Virus record (IMG/VR): IMGVR_UViG_3300044997_001199
Coordinates: 124,001 to 188,000 of that record
Direction: 5' to 3' (one strand)
DNA: 64,000 nucleotides
Shown here piece by piece: positions 27,518-36,549 of the stretch (positions are counted from its first letter, which is position 1; the number at the start of each line of letters is the position of its first letter). The translations under genes were made by a program, and so were the position numbers. The notes under the pieces were generated by a model. That model was not told the DNA's origin and did no database searches. It saw nothing but the letters and a program-made list of their open reading frames with translations.

Positions 27518-27742
27518 TCAATACAGGGTTTTAGGCAATTCTTGGCTAGCCAAATATCTACGCCAACGAGATTTGGCCGCGGATTTTTTGCGTTTTCTCA
27601 CCGAAGTGGGTTTTTCGTAGAACTCATATTTCCTGAGATCCATGAGTATGCCCGAAGTCTGGACCTTTTTTTTGAATTTACGCAGTGCTTTTTCAACGTT
27701 TCCGTCGTTGACAAACACTCTGCGACCATTTAATTCACTCAT
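27518..27742 (-). CDS. rpsU: 30S ribosomal protein bS21
   Basis: V.V.DGNVEKALRKFKKKV..SGIL.DLR..EFYEKPTSVRKRKK.AA..R. Confidence 0.93.
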   Translation of the reverse strand: MSELNGRRVFVNDGNVEKALRKFKKKVQTSGILMDLRKYEFYEKPTSVRKRKKSAAKSRWRRYLASQELPKTLY

Positions 27743-28943
27743 TTACTTTTTTTAACTCCTTGGGTTCATACACCATGTCGGCGTCAATAACGACTTCGGT
27801 AATACCTTGCCGCACGTATTCTCGCAGTCGATACATGTGCGGTATTAGCACTCGCTCGAGTTCTCCGTGCAAGCCACGTGCTCCTGTTTTGTTTTTCATG
27901 GCATGCTCTACCACGAGATCCAGTGCCGCGGATGTGAATTCTAACTTGATCTGGTCTTGGTCAAACAGCCATTGATACTGTTCTATATAGTTATTTTTGA
28001 TGTTGAGCAGTATGGCCAAAAGATCCTGTTTGGTTAGTTCTCTCAAAGACACCCAGGTGGGGAATCTGCCTACAAATTCGGGGATCATGCCAAACTTTAC
28101 AATGTCATCAGGAGTGGTACTGTCAAGATACACACTGGGATCCTGTTCCACTGGAACGCTGAATCCAATACTGGTTCCCTTGATTCGAGATTTCACGAGA
28201 TTTTCGATGCCTACAAACGCACCGCCGGCGATAAACAAGATATCAGTGGTGTCGATTTCCACGGTGTCGTTCTGAGGATTCTTGCGACCCCCGTGAGGTA
28301 CGATTCTGCACTTGGTACCCTCCACCAATTTGAGAAGGCTTTGCTGTACACCCTCACCTGACACATCGCGAGTGATACTGATATTCTCCCCTCTGCGGGC
28401 TATTTTGTCTATTTCGTCAATAAAAACGATTCCGGTCTGGCAGCGCTCGATGTCATAATCGGCTGCTGCGTACAACCGCGAAATCACGCTTTCTACGTCA
28501 TCGCCTACATAACCGGCTTCGGTCAGACTGGTGGCATCTGCGATCACAAAAGGCACACCCAGGTACCGAGCCACTGTGCGCGCCAGCAGGGTTTTGCCCG
28601 ATCCCGTGGGTCCCAGCATCAGTATGTTGACTTTTTCAATTTCCGTGTTTTTTTCTTGATTGCGTATGCGCTTGTAGTGATTGGCAATGGCCACACTGAG
28701 AACGATTTTTGCGTCTTGCTGACCAATCACATACTGGTCGAGAAACTGTTTGATCTCCATTGGGTCCACATGCGATTCAATCATGGTCTGGCCCTGGGCT
28801 TGGTTAGATAACAGCAGTGTGTCACACAGAGTCACGCACTCGTTGCATATGGCAACCTTGTCTCCCACAATGAGTTTTCCGACTGCGTCCTTGTGCTTGC
28901 CACAAAAACTACAGTCGTTGGGTGTGAGATCAGTATCTGTCAT
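27735..28943 (-). CDS. clpX: ATP-dependent Clp protease ATPase ClpX
   Basis: CSFCGK...ICNECV Zn domain; GPTGSGKT; GYVG; DEIDK; [10 protein letters not shown]; IGF loop; GARGL. Confidence 0.98.
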   Translation of the reverse strand: MTDTDLTPNDCSFCGKHKDAVGKLIVGDKVAICNECVTLCDTLLLSNQAQGQTMIESHVDPMEIKQFLDQYVIGQQDAKIVLSVAIANHYKRIRNQEKNTEIEKVNILMLGPTGSGKTLLARTVARYLGVPFVIADATSLTEAGYVGDDVESVISRLYAAADYDIERCQTGIVFIDEIDKIARRGENISITRDVSGEGVQQSLLKLVEGTKCRIVPHGGRKNPQNDTVEIDTTDILFIAGGAFVGIENLVKSRIKGTSIGFSVPVEQDPSVYLDSTTPDDIVKFGMIPEFVGRFPTWVSLRELTKQDLLAILLNIKNNYIEQYQWLFDQDQIKLEFTSAALDLVVEHAMKNKTGARGLHGELERVLIPHMYRLREYVRQGITEVVIDADMVYEPKELKKVNE

Positions 28944-30421
28944 TGATTGTGCTTGCCAAGTCGATTGGAAATTTGTTCGGTTTCCGCTGCAGTGAGGAAG
29001 TCAGGATCATACTGACCCTGTTCCAACTGTTGGATAAGATGGTCGATATAGGCATCGTTGTATGTATAACTATCGGCGATCTGCTTGCTGATTTCGATCC
29101 AGTCGTTTTCATTGTATCGATAGAGAACGTGCGGGATCCGATCGGTACGTATCCATAGATCGCCCTTGACTGCATGTTCGGGGAATCGGTTTCCGAATCC
29201 AGTGCCAAGAGTCGGTTCCGGCAAGTCATCAGTGACCAGCGACATCCATGGCAGTTGATCGATTAGACCTTGTTCATATCGATGGCGTTGGTCCTTGAGA
29301 GTTCTTCCGGGATTGGCCTGTTTCCAGAGACGCATGGCTTCTTTGACTTTGTTGTCGTGGTGACCGAACTCGTCGTCGGCAGACTCAGCATCGTCCAGTA
29401 AACGATCCATTGGGTGTTCGTGCTCCACAATAACCAATGTTTCCTGGGTCTGGTTCTCTGTGTCCGCCGTGGTCTCAGGAACATAGACTATCGGGCCCAC
29501 TGGATCAACTCCGGGTACATGATGTTTCCATTCTTTTTGGAGGTAATCATGCGTGACTGTTTGTTCGATCGATGAATCTTGAGCAGTTTCTTGTGGGCTC
29601 GGGTCTGCAGACTCTGCTAGGTCCGACACAGCGGCGTCGAGAGACTGCGATTGAGTCAGTTGTCGTTCACGTTCCCATCCATGGCTTTCGGTGAACGCCA
29701 ACAACATCATTATGGCCAGGGGATCAAATACCATAACCAAGACTATGATCACCCATCGCACTGCTTTTTCCAGGACATTCACTTCAGGGTTGTCACCATA
29801 GACCAGAGCAGCAATATATTTGATTGGGCCGACTTCGGCTTCTACTTTTCTCAATTCACTGGCTATGGGAGCACGCTGTTCATTGAGGTCAGCGATTATC
29901 GACTGTGCCTGGGCAATTTCTCGTTGCAGTCTTACACGCTCGGCTTGTTGTTGTCTGCGTATCTGCACTGCACGTTCTGCACCGCGATCATCATTGCTGC
30001 GACTCAGACGTTCGTTGACCTGGCTGTCCATCTGTTGAACAGAGGTCTTGGCCGCAGCAATGTTATCCTGTTGGGTGCGTATTTTTTCGTCAATCAGATC
30101 GACCTGGGCAGCAACGTCGCCGGTGGGTACTGCCTGGTCCAGATGTGCCTTTGACAAAAATCCAAAAATACCCATGGATGTTATGATCATGAGTAGGATC
30201 ACTGCTGGTACTAGATAGGCTTTCATGGTCCATCGCACACGATGCCAGTACTCATGTAGCCAGACCGTGATTGCGAGTTTGGCTATTTCTAAAATGGTGC
30301 CCATGACCGCTATGGGCACTGTGGCCGCGGCAAATATAGCCGTGAGACCGGCTATGGAGTAAAAGGCTGCGATACCGCTGAGGCTCAGGGCCACGGCCAG
30401 GACAATATATGTTAGAAACAT
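28940..30421 (-). CDS. Membrane-anchored coiled-coil protein
   Basis: Three N-terminal TMs, long coiled coil, EVGPIKYIA, further TM, acidic tail. Confidence 0.75.
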   Translation of the reverse strand: MFLTYIVLAVALSLSGIAAFYSIAGLTAIFAAATVPIAVMGTILEIAKLAITVWLHEYWHRVRWTMKAYLVPAVILLMIITSMGIFGFLSKAHLDQAVPTGDVAAQVDLIDEKIRTQQDNIAAAKTSVQQMDSQVNERLSRSNDDRGAERAVQIRRQQQAERVRLQREIAQAQSIIADLNEQRAPIASELRKVEAEVGPIKYIAALVYGDNPEVNVLEKAVRWVIIVLVMVFDPLAIMMLLAFTESHGWERERQLTQSQSLDAAVSDLAESADPSPQETAQDSSIEQTVTHDYLQKEWKHHVPGVDPVGPIVYVPETTADTENQTQETLVIVEHEHPMDRLLDDAESADDEFGHHDNKVKEAMRLWKQANPGRTLKDQRHRYEQGLIDQLPWMSLVTDDLPEPTLGTGFGNRFPEHAVKGDLWIRTDRIPHVLYRYNENDWIEISKQIADSYTYNDAYIDHLIQQLEQGQYDPDFLTAAETEQISNRLGKHNQ

Positions 30422-30782
30422 AGTACTCTATTTATTGCTCGTCCTTGAGCATCCATGTTTCAATCTCTGCTGTTCAGTACCCAACCCAACTGCCATGGAT
30501 CTTGGACAATGTTGTCTGTGACAGGTCCTTCGGTCACGTAGCTTGATATCTGGGAATCTGGTGTATTGTCGATCTTTTCTATTGAGTCTGTGCCCGAGCA
30601 ATACTAATCAATATAGTCGCCTTCGAGCCTTATGTCGTATACAATACCACCCGCATAGTGCCAGGAACACGATCAACGCCGATTACAGTTATAGCAGGAA
30701 ATACAGATCAGTGCAACCGTTGGCTGTGTGTGGTTGACTGTTTTGTGTCTGAGTCAGTTGACTCAGCGTTCATACCGTGGAT

Positions 30783-32201
30783 TCACAGTTTTTCCTCCGC
30801 ATCGAACCCACGGAATCTAACAAACCGAGGGAATCGGAGACTGCAGGTACCATCTTGATTTTGCGTGACTGCATCGGCCTGGATCTCGACCACATGTCCT
30901 TGCAATGTAGCTCGGTTGTTCCAGTAGGCATCGCGGTCCTGATCGGTCAATCCCGAACCCACATTTACCCGGATCTGTTTTTCGGCATCCTGCCCCTCGC
31001 AGATCATGGCACCCAGACGTCCTACATTGCGACCCGTGCCTTCTTCAAATCCCACAATGGTCAGGTCCACGGTGATAGTGGGCTTCCACTTCATCCAGAA
31101 ACTGCTGCGACGACATTCATACGGCGCATGAAGATCTTTGATCATGATGCCCTCGTAGCCCTGTGCCACTGCATCCGCAGCGAATCGGTGCATGATGTCG
31201 CGTCCCTGGGAAGTGTCAAGATTCACAGTGATACCGGGCATGACACGCAGGCAAGTGGTTTGTGCTTCAATAACAGTGCGGGCCCGGTCTAACATGCCCA
31301 CGCGCCGGTACTGCTGTGCGTTCCAATGCCCGCGTTCAAAGTCGTCCAATGGAATTATGTCAAAGATATGGTAGACCATGCCCGTGGTCTTGGCATCTTT
31401 CTTGCGACGCGCCTGGCGCATCAGGGTCTGGAAACTTTCGCCCACGATCTCGCCGTCTAAAACAAATCGTCCGCCACTGGTGTGCGCCTGTTGAAAGTAA
31501 CGACGATTGTCGGCAATGGCATCAGCGATTTGCGGAAAATTGGTCAATTCCTTGCCATTGCGACTATACAGTGTGACCCCCAGCCCGTTGACCACGGACA
31601 GCACACGCACACCATCCAGTTTGCATTCCAGACGTTTTTCTCCCTGCATCTTGGCCGGGTGATCTGTGGAATCCTGTGCGAGCTGGCAGGAAAACACCGG
31701 TATGCGCCAGTCTGTCTTGCCCAGGACCTTGTTGAGAGTTTTGTCCGAAATTCCGCAGCGGAGATCCTTGATCAGCACTCGCCGGGCCAGGCTATTCCAC
31801 TCTACGGAATCAAACTGCATCATGACTTCTTCGATCGCAGTGCGAGCCTGATTGCCAGTTACTCCGCGTGTGCGAAGATTCTCACACAAGGCCCAGAACC
31901 GTGGCCATGAATTGGGCCGATCTGTTAGATCGTGAGATTCTGGAACCTGTTGCACATGATACACAAAAAAGGGATTGTAGGCAAGATAACAATTGAACAA
32001 AAAACATTGTGCATTGGCACTGCCCAATTTAGAGGCCATGAGAGCCTTTTCAATCACACGCTCTTTGTGGATTCTGCTGTCGCTTGACTCAAGATCACGA
32101 ATCCAGTCTGCGGCCAATTTGATTCCTTCGAATTCTGACTGACCAAAGTCAATGTCTCGCATGTACTTAACCCCAGAAAGATACCGTAATAGTTGGAACA
32201 T
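30783..32201 (-). CDS. lig: ATP-dependent DNA ligase
   Basis: ECKLDGVR (motif I); LDGEI; FDII; EGIMIK; WMKWK; VNVGSG; LRFPRF. Start 32201 or 32162. Confidence 0.96.
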   Translation of the reverse strand: MFQLLRYLSGVKYMRDIDFGQSEFEGIKLAADWIRDLESSDSRIHKERVIEKALMASKLGSANAQCFLFNCYLAYNPFFVYHVQQVPESHDLTDRPNSWPRFWALCENLRTRGVTGNQARTAIEEVMMQFDSVEWNSLARRVLIKDLRCGISDKTLNKVLGKTDWRIPVFSCQLAQDSTDHPAKMQGEKRLECKLDGVRVLSVVNGLGVTLYSRNGKELTNFPQIADAIADNRRYFQQAHTSGGRFVLDGEIVGESFQTLMRQARRKKDAKTTGMVYHIFDIIPLDDFERGHWNAQQYRRVGMLDRARTVIEAQTTCLRVMPGITVNLDTSQGRDIMHRFAADAVAQGYEGIMIKDLHAPYECRRSSFWMKWKPTITVDLTIVGFEEGTGRNVGRLGAMICEGQDAEKQIRVNVGSGLTDQDRDAYWNNRATLQGHVVEIQADAVTQNQDGTCSLRFPRFVRFRGFDAEEKL

Positions 32202-32208
32202 TTGCCCA

Positions 32209-32506
32209 GCCCTCCTTTGTGACTACTATTCAAACCCTTCAGCAACTCGGGGTCTGTCACTCCTCCTTTCGTACACTGTCAGAAAGAATCGACAAACACC
32301 GTGGGGAGGTAAATGCACTACCCGTCTTGGATACATCAAACAAAAACGTATCGGGTACTTTGTACTCAAGCATTATATTTAGAGTCTTCTTACTCACAGC
32401 ATCGAACGATGCACGGCCCGCTGGAGTGCGAGAGTATTGCTTTCACCACACCTTAATTTCTTCAGGCATCATGTTGTCCGTCTCAACGCCCTCCTTTGTG
32501 ACTACT
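32209..32506. repeat. 19-bp direct repeats containing a strong SD, flanking a 260-bp non-coding segment
   Basis: GCCCTCCTTTGTGACTACT at 32209-32227 and 32488-32506. Confidence 0.9.
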
Positions 32507-32556
32507 GTTAAGGTTGTTTAACTGTCAAGAAATTTTACACTGCGGTGAATTTCTGG

Positions 32557-33423
32557 TCAACTGAGATTCTGGCGACGCAGATTGGCCTGCACTATGGTTC
32601 GTGCCTCGGCCACTGTGTGAGAAGCGTCGGCAAGATTGGCCCGAGGCGGCGGAGTGGTAGGCTGGTCAGGCACTTCGTTGAATCTATTGAGGTCCAGCGA
32701 GTCGATACTGTCCTCATTGCGACCTTCGATCAAACAGCCCTGTGTGGCCTGGCCTGTAAATGTTGAGGTGGCAATACTTTGCAGATATTCGCCACTCTGA
32801 CCTGCTTCGGTGTTTTGTCCATATCGGTCCAGAGACAGTACAAAACTGGTCACTGCGGCCTGCGACGGAGTCGGGATGTCTGCAAAATCAATTTCGGCAG
32901 TGGCCTGGTTGGTTGGTTCATACACCAAGGCATGAAAATTCATGATTTCCCAGTATTGGTCCAGAGTGGTCATCTGTTGTGCAGGTATGGCCGCTGCGGT
33001 AGACATGACCTGAGATTCAGCGGCCGCGACCAGAGCCAACAATGCATCGTTATAGGACGCATAGGTTCCAGCGGCCGGCTGATCCGACGGGATCACTATG
33101 GCAAGGGATGGCATGGTCTGCGTGTACACACCATTGACCACATTCAACATGGTGTTGTAGATCAATGACAACGATTCTAGATTGCCATTGGCGATGTTGG
33201 TCTGTATCAGCTGATTGACTGTGGGAAAGTAATCATTGTGCGGATCGCCCGCGGTGGTGCCAAAAAAATCAGTGATCAAAAATGTACCATTGGGTCCTTT
33301 GCCGTTGGCAAAATCATTTTGCCCAGGTGGGTTAGCAGTGCCAAAAAACGAAGAAGTATTTGCTGACACAGGCTGATTTAGATCATTGATCAGAGGCAAT
33401 CCTACCAAAGTACGAACAGTCAT
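32557..33423 (-). CDS. Probable virion (baseplate/tail) protein
   Basis: Coupled to upstream gene, downstream of PAAR; Ala/Thr/Asn-rich. Confidence 0.6.
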   Translation of the reverse strand: MTVRTLVGLPLINDLNQPVSANTSSFFGTANPPGQNDFANGKGPNGTFLITDFFGTTAGDPHNDYFPTVNQLIQTNIANGNLESLSLIYNTMLNVVNGVYTQTMPSLAIVIPSDQPAAGTYASYNDALLALVAAAESQVMSTAAAIPAQQMTTLDQYWEIMNFHALVYEPTNQATAEIDFADIPTPSQAAVTSFVLSLDRYGQNTEAGQSGEYLQSIATSTFTGQATQGCLIEGRNEDSIDSLDLNRFNEVPDQPTTPPPRANLADASHTVAEARTIVQANLRRQNLS

Positions 33424-34601
33424 TGCAGCACCCTCGCAAGCTCGGGCAGAGTGATTTTCCCGATCGACGACAGCTGACCAAATGCAATCTGCAGGGCCTG
33501 ATTGGCACGGGCCTGGTCAGGCGGAATGATCTTGGCTAGTTGATCACAGCCCGATGGTATGAATTCTGCGCCCGATGGTATGAATTCTGCGCCCGATGGT
33601 ATGAATTCTGCGCCCGATGGTATGAATGCTGCGTCAGGAAATACCAGAGGAAACACCAGATCTAGATCGGAGTTGATAGTGCCATCAAGATTGTAGATAA
33701 GCACCGCACCAACCGGTGACGGAAATGTCAGGCTGGCAAAACTCTGCGGAAATGTTTTGACTGGGTTCAGTAGATCGGCCAGACTATCGAGATTGGGCGT
33801 GGTCACTTCTAATATTTCCAATGCATCCTGCAGATTGGCACCGGTGATGTCTGTCAGTGCATTGAAAATATCTTTTTCAGTCTGGGCTGGAACAGTCTGG
33901 GCACCATCTGTGCCGTCGATCTCCAGATCAACTTCAACTCCGTTTTCGTCCAAGGCACGTTCTATGGCCGGAGTCAGTCCGCCGGCTATACGTACGATCT
34001 GCGTCAATACACTGGAGGGAAAACCAATGGTATTTGGTTGTATGGGGTCGATTGCTTGACCTAGATTGCCAAGATCTTGACCAAATGCATCCAGCGCCAG
34101 ATTGATGCTAGACAGTGCTCCAGTCACAAGATCGTCCATGTTGGTAAAAGTAGGTCCAAGATATTCATTGGCATTGACCGCACTTTCGATCACTTTGTTT
34201 GTGACATTGATATATCCGTCGGCTGCAGCAAAGGCCTGCACGAATTTGTTGAGATCACTGACATAGAATTCTCCCAGCCGTCTGAGCTCAATGGTGGCAA
34301 ACAAAGGTCTAGGGCCAGTCACCGGAGACGCCGTCAAGACATCTTCAGGTATGCTGTTCGCCAAAACAGGATGCGTGGAACTTCCTATGCTGCGCATGGC
34401 ATCAATGGTTGAATTGGCCACTCTCAGTGAAACATTGCCGATGGCCGAGGTCACTGCGTCCATCAGTGGACTTATCAAGGTAGACGACTGATAGGTAGTC
34501 AGTTGTGTGGAAAATGCCGCGTTGATAGCCACAGCACCTCCCTGATACCATCCAGGTGCGGCATTGAGCTGCAACGGAGACATTGTGGTTTGATAGTTCA
34601 T
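33420..34601 (-). CDS. Probable virion (baseplate/tail) protein with IPSGAEF repeats
   Basis: Coupled to PAAR gene; structural-protein composition. Confidence 0.6.
   Translation of the reverse strand: MNYQTTMSPLQLNAAPGWYQGGAVAINAAFSTQLTTYQSSTLISPLMDAVTSAIGNVSLRVANSTIDAMRSIGSSTHPVLANSIPEDVLTASPVTGPRPLFATIELRRLGEFYVSDLNKFVQAFAAADGYINVTNKVIESAVNANEYLGPTFTNMDDLVTGALSSINLALDAFGQDLGNLGQAIDPIQPNTIGFPSSVLTQIVRIAGGLTPAIERALDENGVEVDLEIDGTDGAQTVPAQTEKDIFNALTDITGANLQDALEILEVTTPNLDSLADLLNPVKTFPQSFASLTFPSPVGAVLIYNLDGTINSDLDLVFPLVFPDAAFIPSGAEFIPSGAEFIPSGAEFIPSGCDQLAKIIPPDQARANQALQIAFGQLSSIGKITLPELARVLQ
33550..33633. repeat. In-frame 21-bp tandem repeat x4
   Basis: CCCGATGGTATGAATTCTGCG x3 plus one copy with one mismatch; encodes (A)EFIPSG repeats. 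Confidence 0.95.
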
Positions 34602-34888
34602 GTCAGTCTAACATTGTTGCTGCCGCCAGCACGCGGATGACCGCAAGTGTCCGAGTCTGCACCGGTGCGTATAACCGGCCGACCACCGGCCCGCACAGTG
34701 GCGCTGCCGCCACGAGTTTTGGCACTGCAATGTTTGGCACACCCGGAGCGACCACAGCAGGGGTGCGGAGTGACCGTCTGTGCAGGTATCACTATGGGTC
34801 TACCGTTGACCCGCACCGAAGGCACACCCGATGTTACCACTCCACCTGCTGTGTTGGGGTCCCCCCGGCGCTGACAACGATATGGCAT
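34598..34888 (-). CDS. PAAR-repeat spike tip protein (T4 gp5.4-like)
   Basis: RRGD....GG; V.VNGRPI; TPHPC; V.AGGRPV.R.G.D.D.CGH. Confidence 0.9.
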   Translation of the reverse strand: MPYRCQRRGDPNTAGGVVTSGVPSVRVNGRPIVIPAQTVTPHPCCGRSGCAKHCSAKTRGGSATVRAGGRPVIRTGADSDTCGHPRAGGSNNVRLT

Positions 34889-34889
34889 G

Positions 34890-35207
34890 TTATTCCATTA
34901 CAATTTTCTTTACTGAAATCTGTATTCCAGTGGTGGCTTCGATGTAACGACCACGTACCGATCCATCGGTTGCGGCATACATTGTCACATTAGAAATATT
35001 TATTTGCGTGACTGACTCTGTATCAGCCGTGAGCATGGCAGGCACCAATCCCAGTAGTATACGACTGCCCTGCGGACCGGGTGCGATCGATACCGGATTG
35101 GTTACTGTGATCCATTCGTGATCCACGGCAGTGACTTTGCCCACCAGTTCTTCACCGCTGGTAAGTTTGAATGTGTATACTTCGTCGGGTTTGACTGACA
35201 GATTCAT
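34890..35207 (-). CDS. Sm-like fold phage protein
   Basis: TFKL.SGEELVGKV...ITV.NPV pattern. Confidence 0.6.
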   Translation of the reverse strand: MNLSVKPDEVYTFKLTSGEELVGKVTAVDHEWITVTNPVSIAPGPQGSRILLGLVPAMLTADTESVTQINISNVTMYAATDGSVRGRYIEATTGIQISVKKIVME

Positions 35208-35440
35208 TGGGTTCCTTGATCGAAAAGTTTTTTGAGTTCAGTGAATCCACCCACATAGGTGCCATCCAAGAAAATTTGCGGCACCGTGCGTGCTGTGGGC
35301 ACTGATTCCAGCAGTTGTTCGCGTGACCATCCTCGGCCGATTTGTCGTTCTTCGTACTCAATGTTACTGAGTCGTAACAGTTGTTTGGCTTGGTTGCAGT
35401 ACGGACAAGCAGGTTTGCTCCAGATTATAGCAGCAGCCAT
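35204..35440 (-). CDS. grx: Glutaredoxin
   Basis: CPYC; RTVPQIFL...YVGGF.EL. Confidence 0.95.
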   Translation of the reverse strand: MAAAIIWSKPACPYCNQAKQLLRLSNIEYEERQIGRGWSREQLLESVPTARTVPQIFLDGTYVGGFTELKKLFDQGTQ

Positions 35441-35448
35441 GATTACTC

Positions 35449-36549
35449 TCAAACGTTGGGCAAGGCGTCATAGTCAATGGTGTCAGACATGACTCCTATA
35501 ACATAGTTAGTTGACTCTGACTCCTGGAGCGCAGTTTGTTTCTTGTGAGTTTCCACGTGTTTGTTGAACCACGGTATGGGCGTTGACCGTGGTGCTGGTT
35601 CGTGATACTTGATTCCGATTTCTTTCAGCGCCAGAGAAGCAGTGTAATCAACAAAATCTTTGAGGATTGCAGCGTTGAGACCAATCACCGGTCCTTTGCT
35701 GAACAGATAGTCGGCCCAGACCTTTTCTTCGCGTATCACATCCAAATACATTTGATATACCTCGGATTCACACTCAACTCGTGCCTGAGCGAATCGAGGA
35801 TCTTCCTTAACTGTTTGATTGATTATCCAGGCAGTCCAGTCTCGATGCAGTATTTCATCCTGCAGGATGAGACTGATGATATTGCCATTGCCGATGAAAA
35901 TACGATTTTCTACCATGGCCAGACTGGTAGCAAATGATACCATGAAGCGGAATGCTTCTAGCCCATACGAAGCATTAAGAGCCAACCATATGGCCCGGAT
36001 ATGTTCTTTTTCTGTGACTGGTTCACCGACCTCGCGGCGGCAGTTGATGACGTGCAGTCGGTCATAGTATTCACCGATGTTTGATGCCATGTTGACGATC
36101 TCTGCGGTGTCATGGATGGTATTGAACACATCCCTGGGCACATTGTAGATGTTGCGGATGATGTGGCTGTAGCTACGACTGTGAATATTGGTTTCAAAAA
36201 ATGTCCAATTGTAGACCAAACTTTCCAGTTCGGGAAGGCTCACAACCGGAGTGAAGATCTGGCTGGGTCCGCGACCTTGCAGACTGTCCAGTGCGGTCTG
36301 ACGCAGGAGGTTGGAAGTAAAGATGTGTCGAACTGTGTCAGATGCATCCTTGAAATCTTGCCCGTCCTTGGTCAGAGAAATTTCCTCGGGTACCCAAAAG
36401 AATCCTCGTGCTTCCTGTTCAAACTTTTGCAGTTTATTGTACTTAACTTCTTCGACCCGCTGGATGGTTACTGGACCCTCCGGATCCAAGAACATCTTCC
36501 GATTTAGATAGTCAGTGCGTGTTTTTAAATTGTATTGTTGTTGGCTCAT
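35449..36549 (-). CDS. nrdB: Ribonucleotide reductase class Ia beta subunit
   Basis: FFWVPEE; QTALDS; ETNIHSRSY (radical Tyr); LEAFRF; DEILH; C-terminal QE.E..NY. Confidence 0.97.
   Translation of the reverse strand: MSQQQYNLKTRTDYLNRKMFLDPEGPVTIQRVEEVKYNKLQKFEQEARGFFWVPEEISLTKDGQDFKDASDTVRHIFTSNLLRQTALDSLQGRGPSQIFTPVVSLPELESLVYNWTFFETNIHSRSYSHIIRNIYNVPRDVFNTIHDTAEIVNMASNIGEYYDRLHVINCRREVGEPVTEKEHIRAIWLALNASYGLEAFRFMVSFATSLAMVENRIFIGNGNIISLILQDEILHRDWTAWIINQTVKEDPRFAQARVECESEVYQMYLDVIREEKVWADYLFSKGPVIGLNAAILKDFVDYTASLALKEIGIKYHEPAPRSTPIPWFNKHVETHKKQTALQESESTNYVIGVMSDTIDYDALPNV

Noticed and set aside
33550-33633. CRISPR array
   Set aside because: Repeats are contiguous with no spacers and lie in frame in a CDS.
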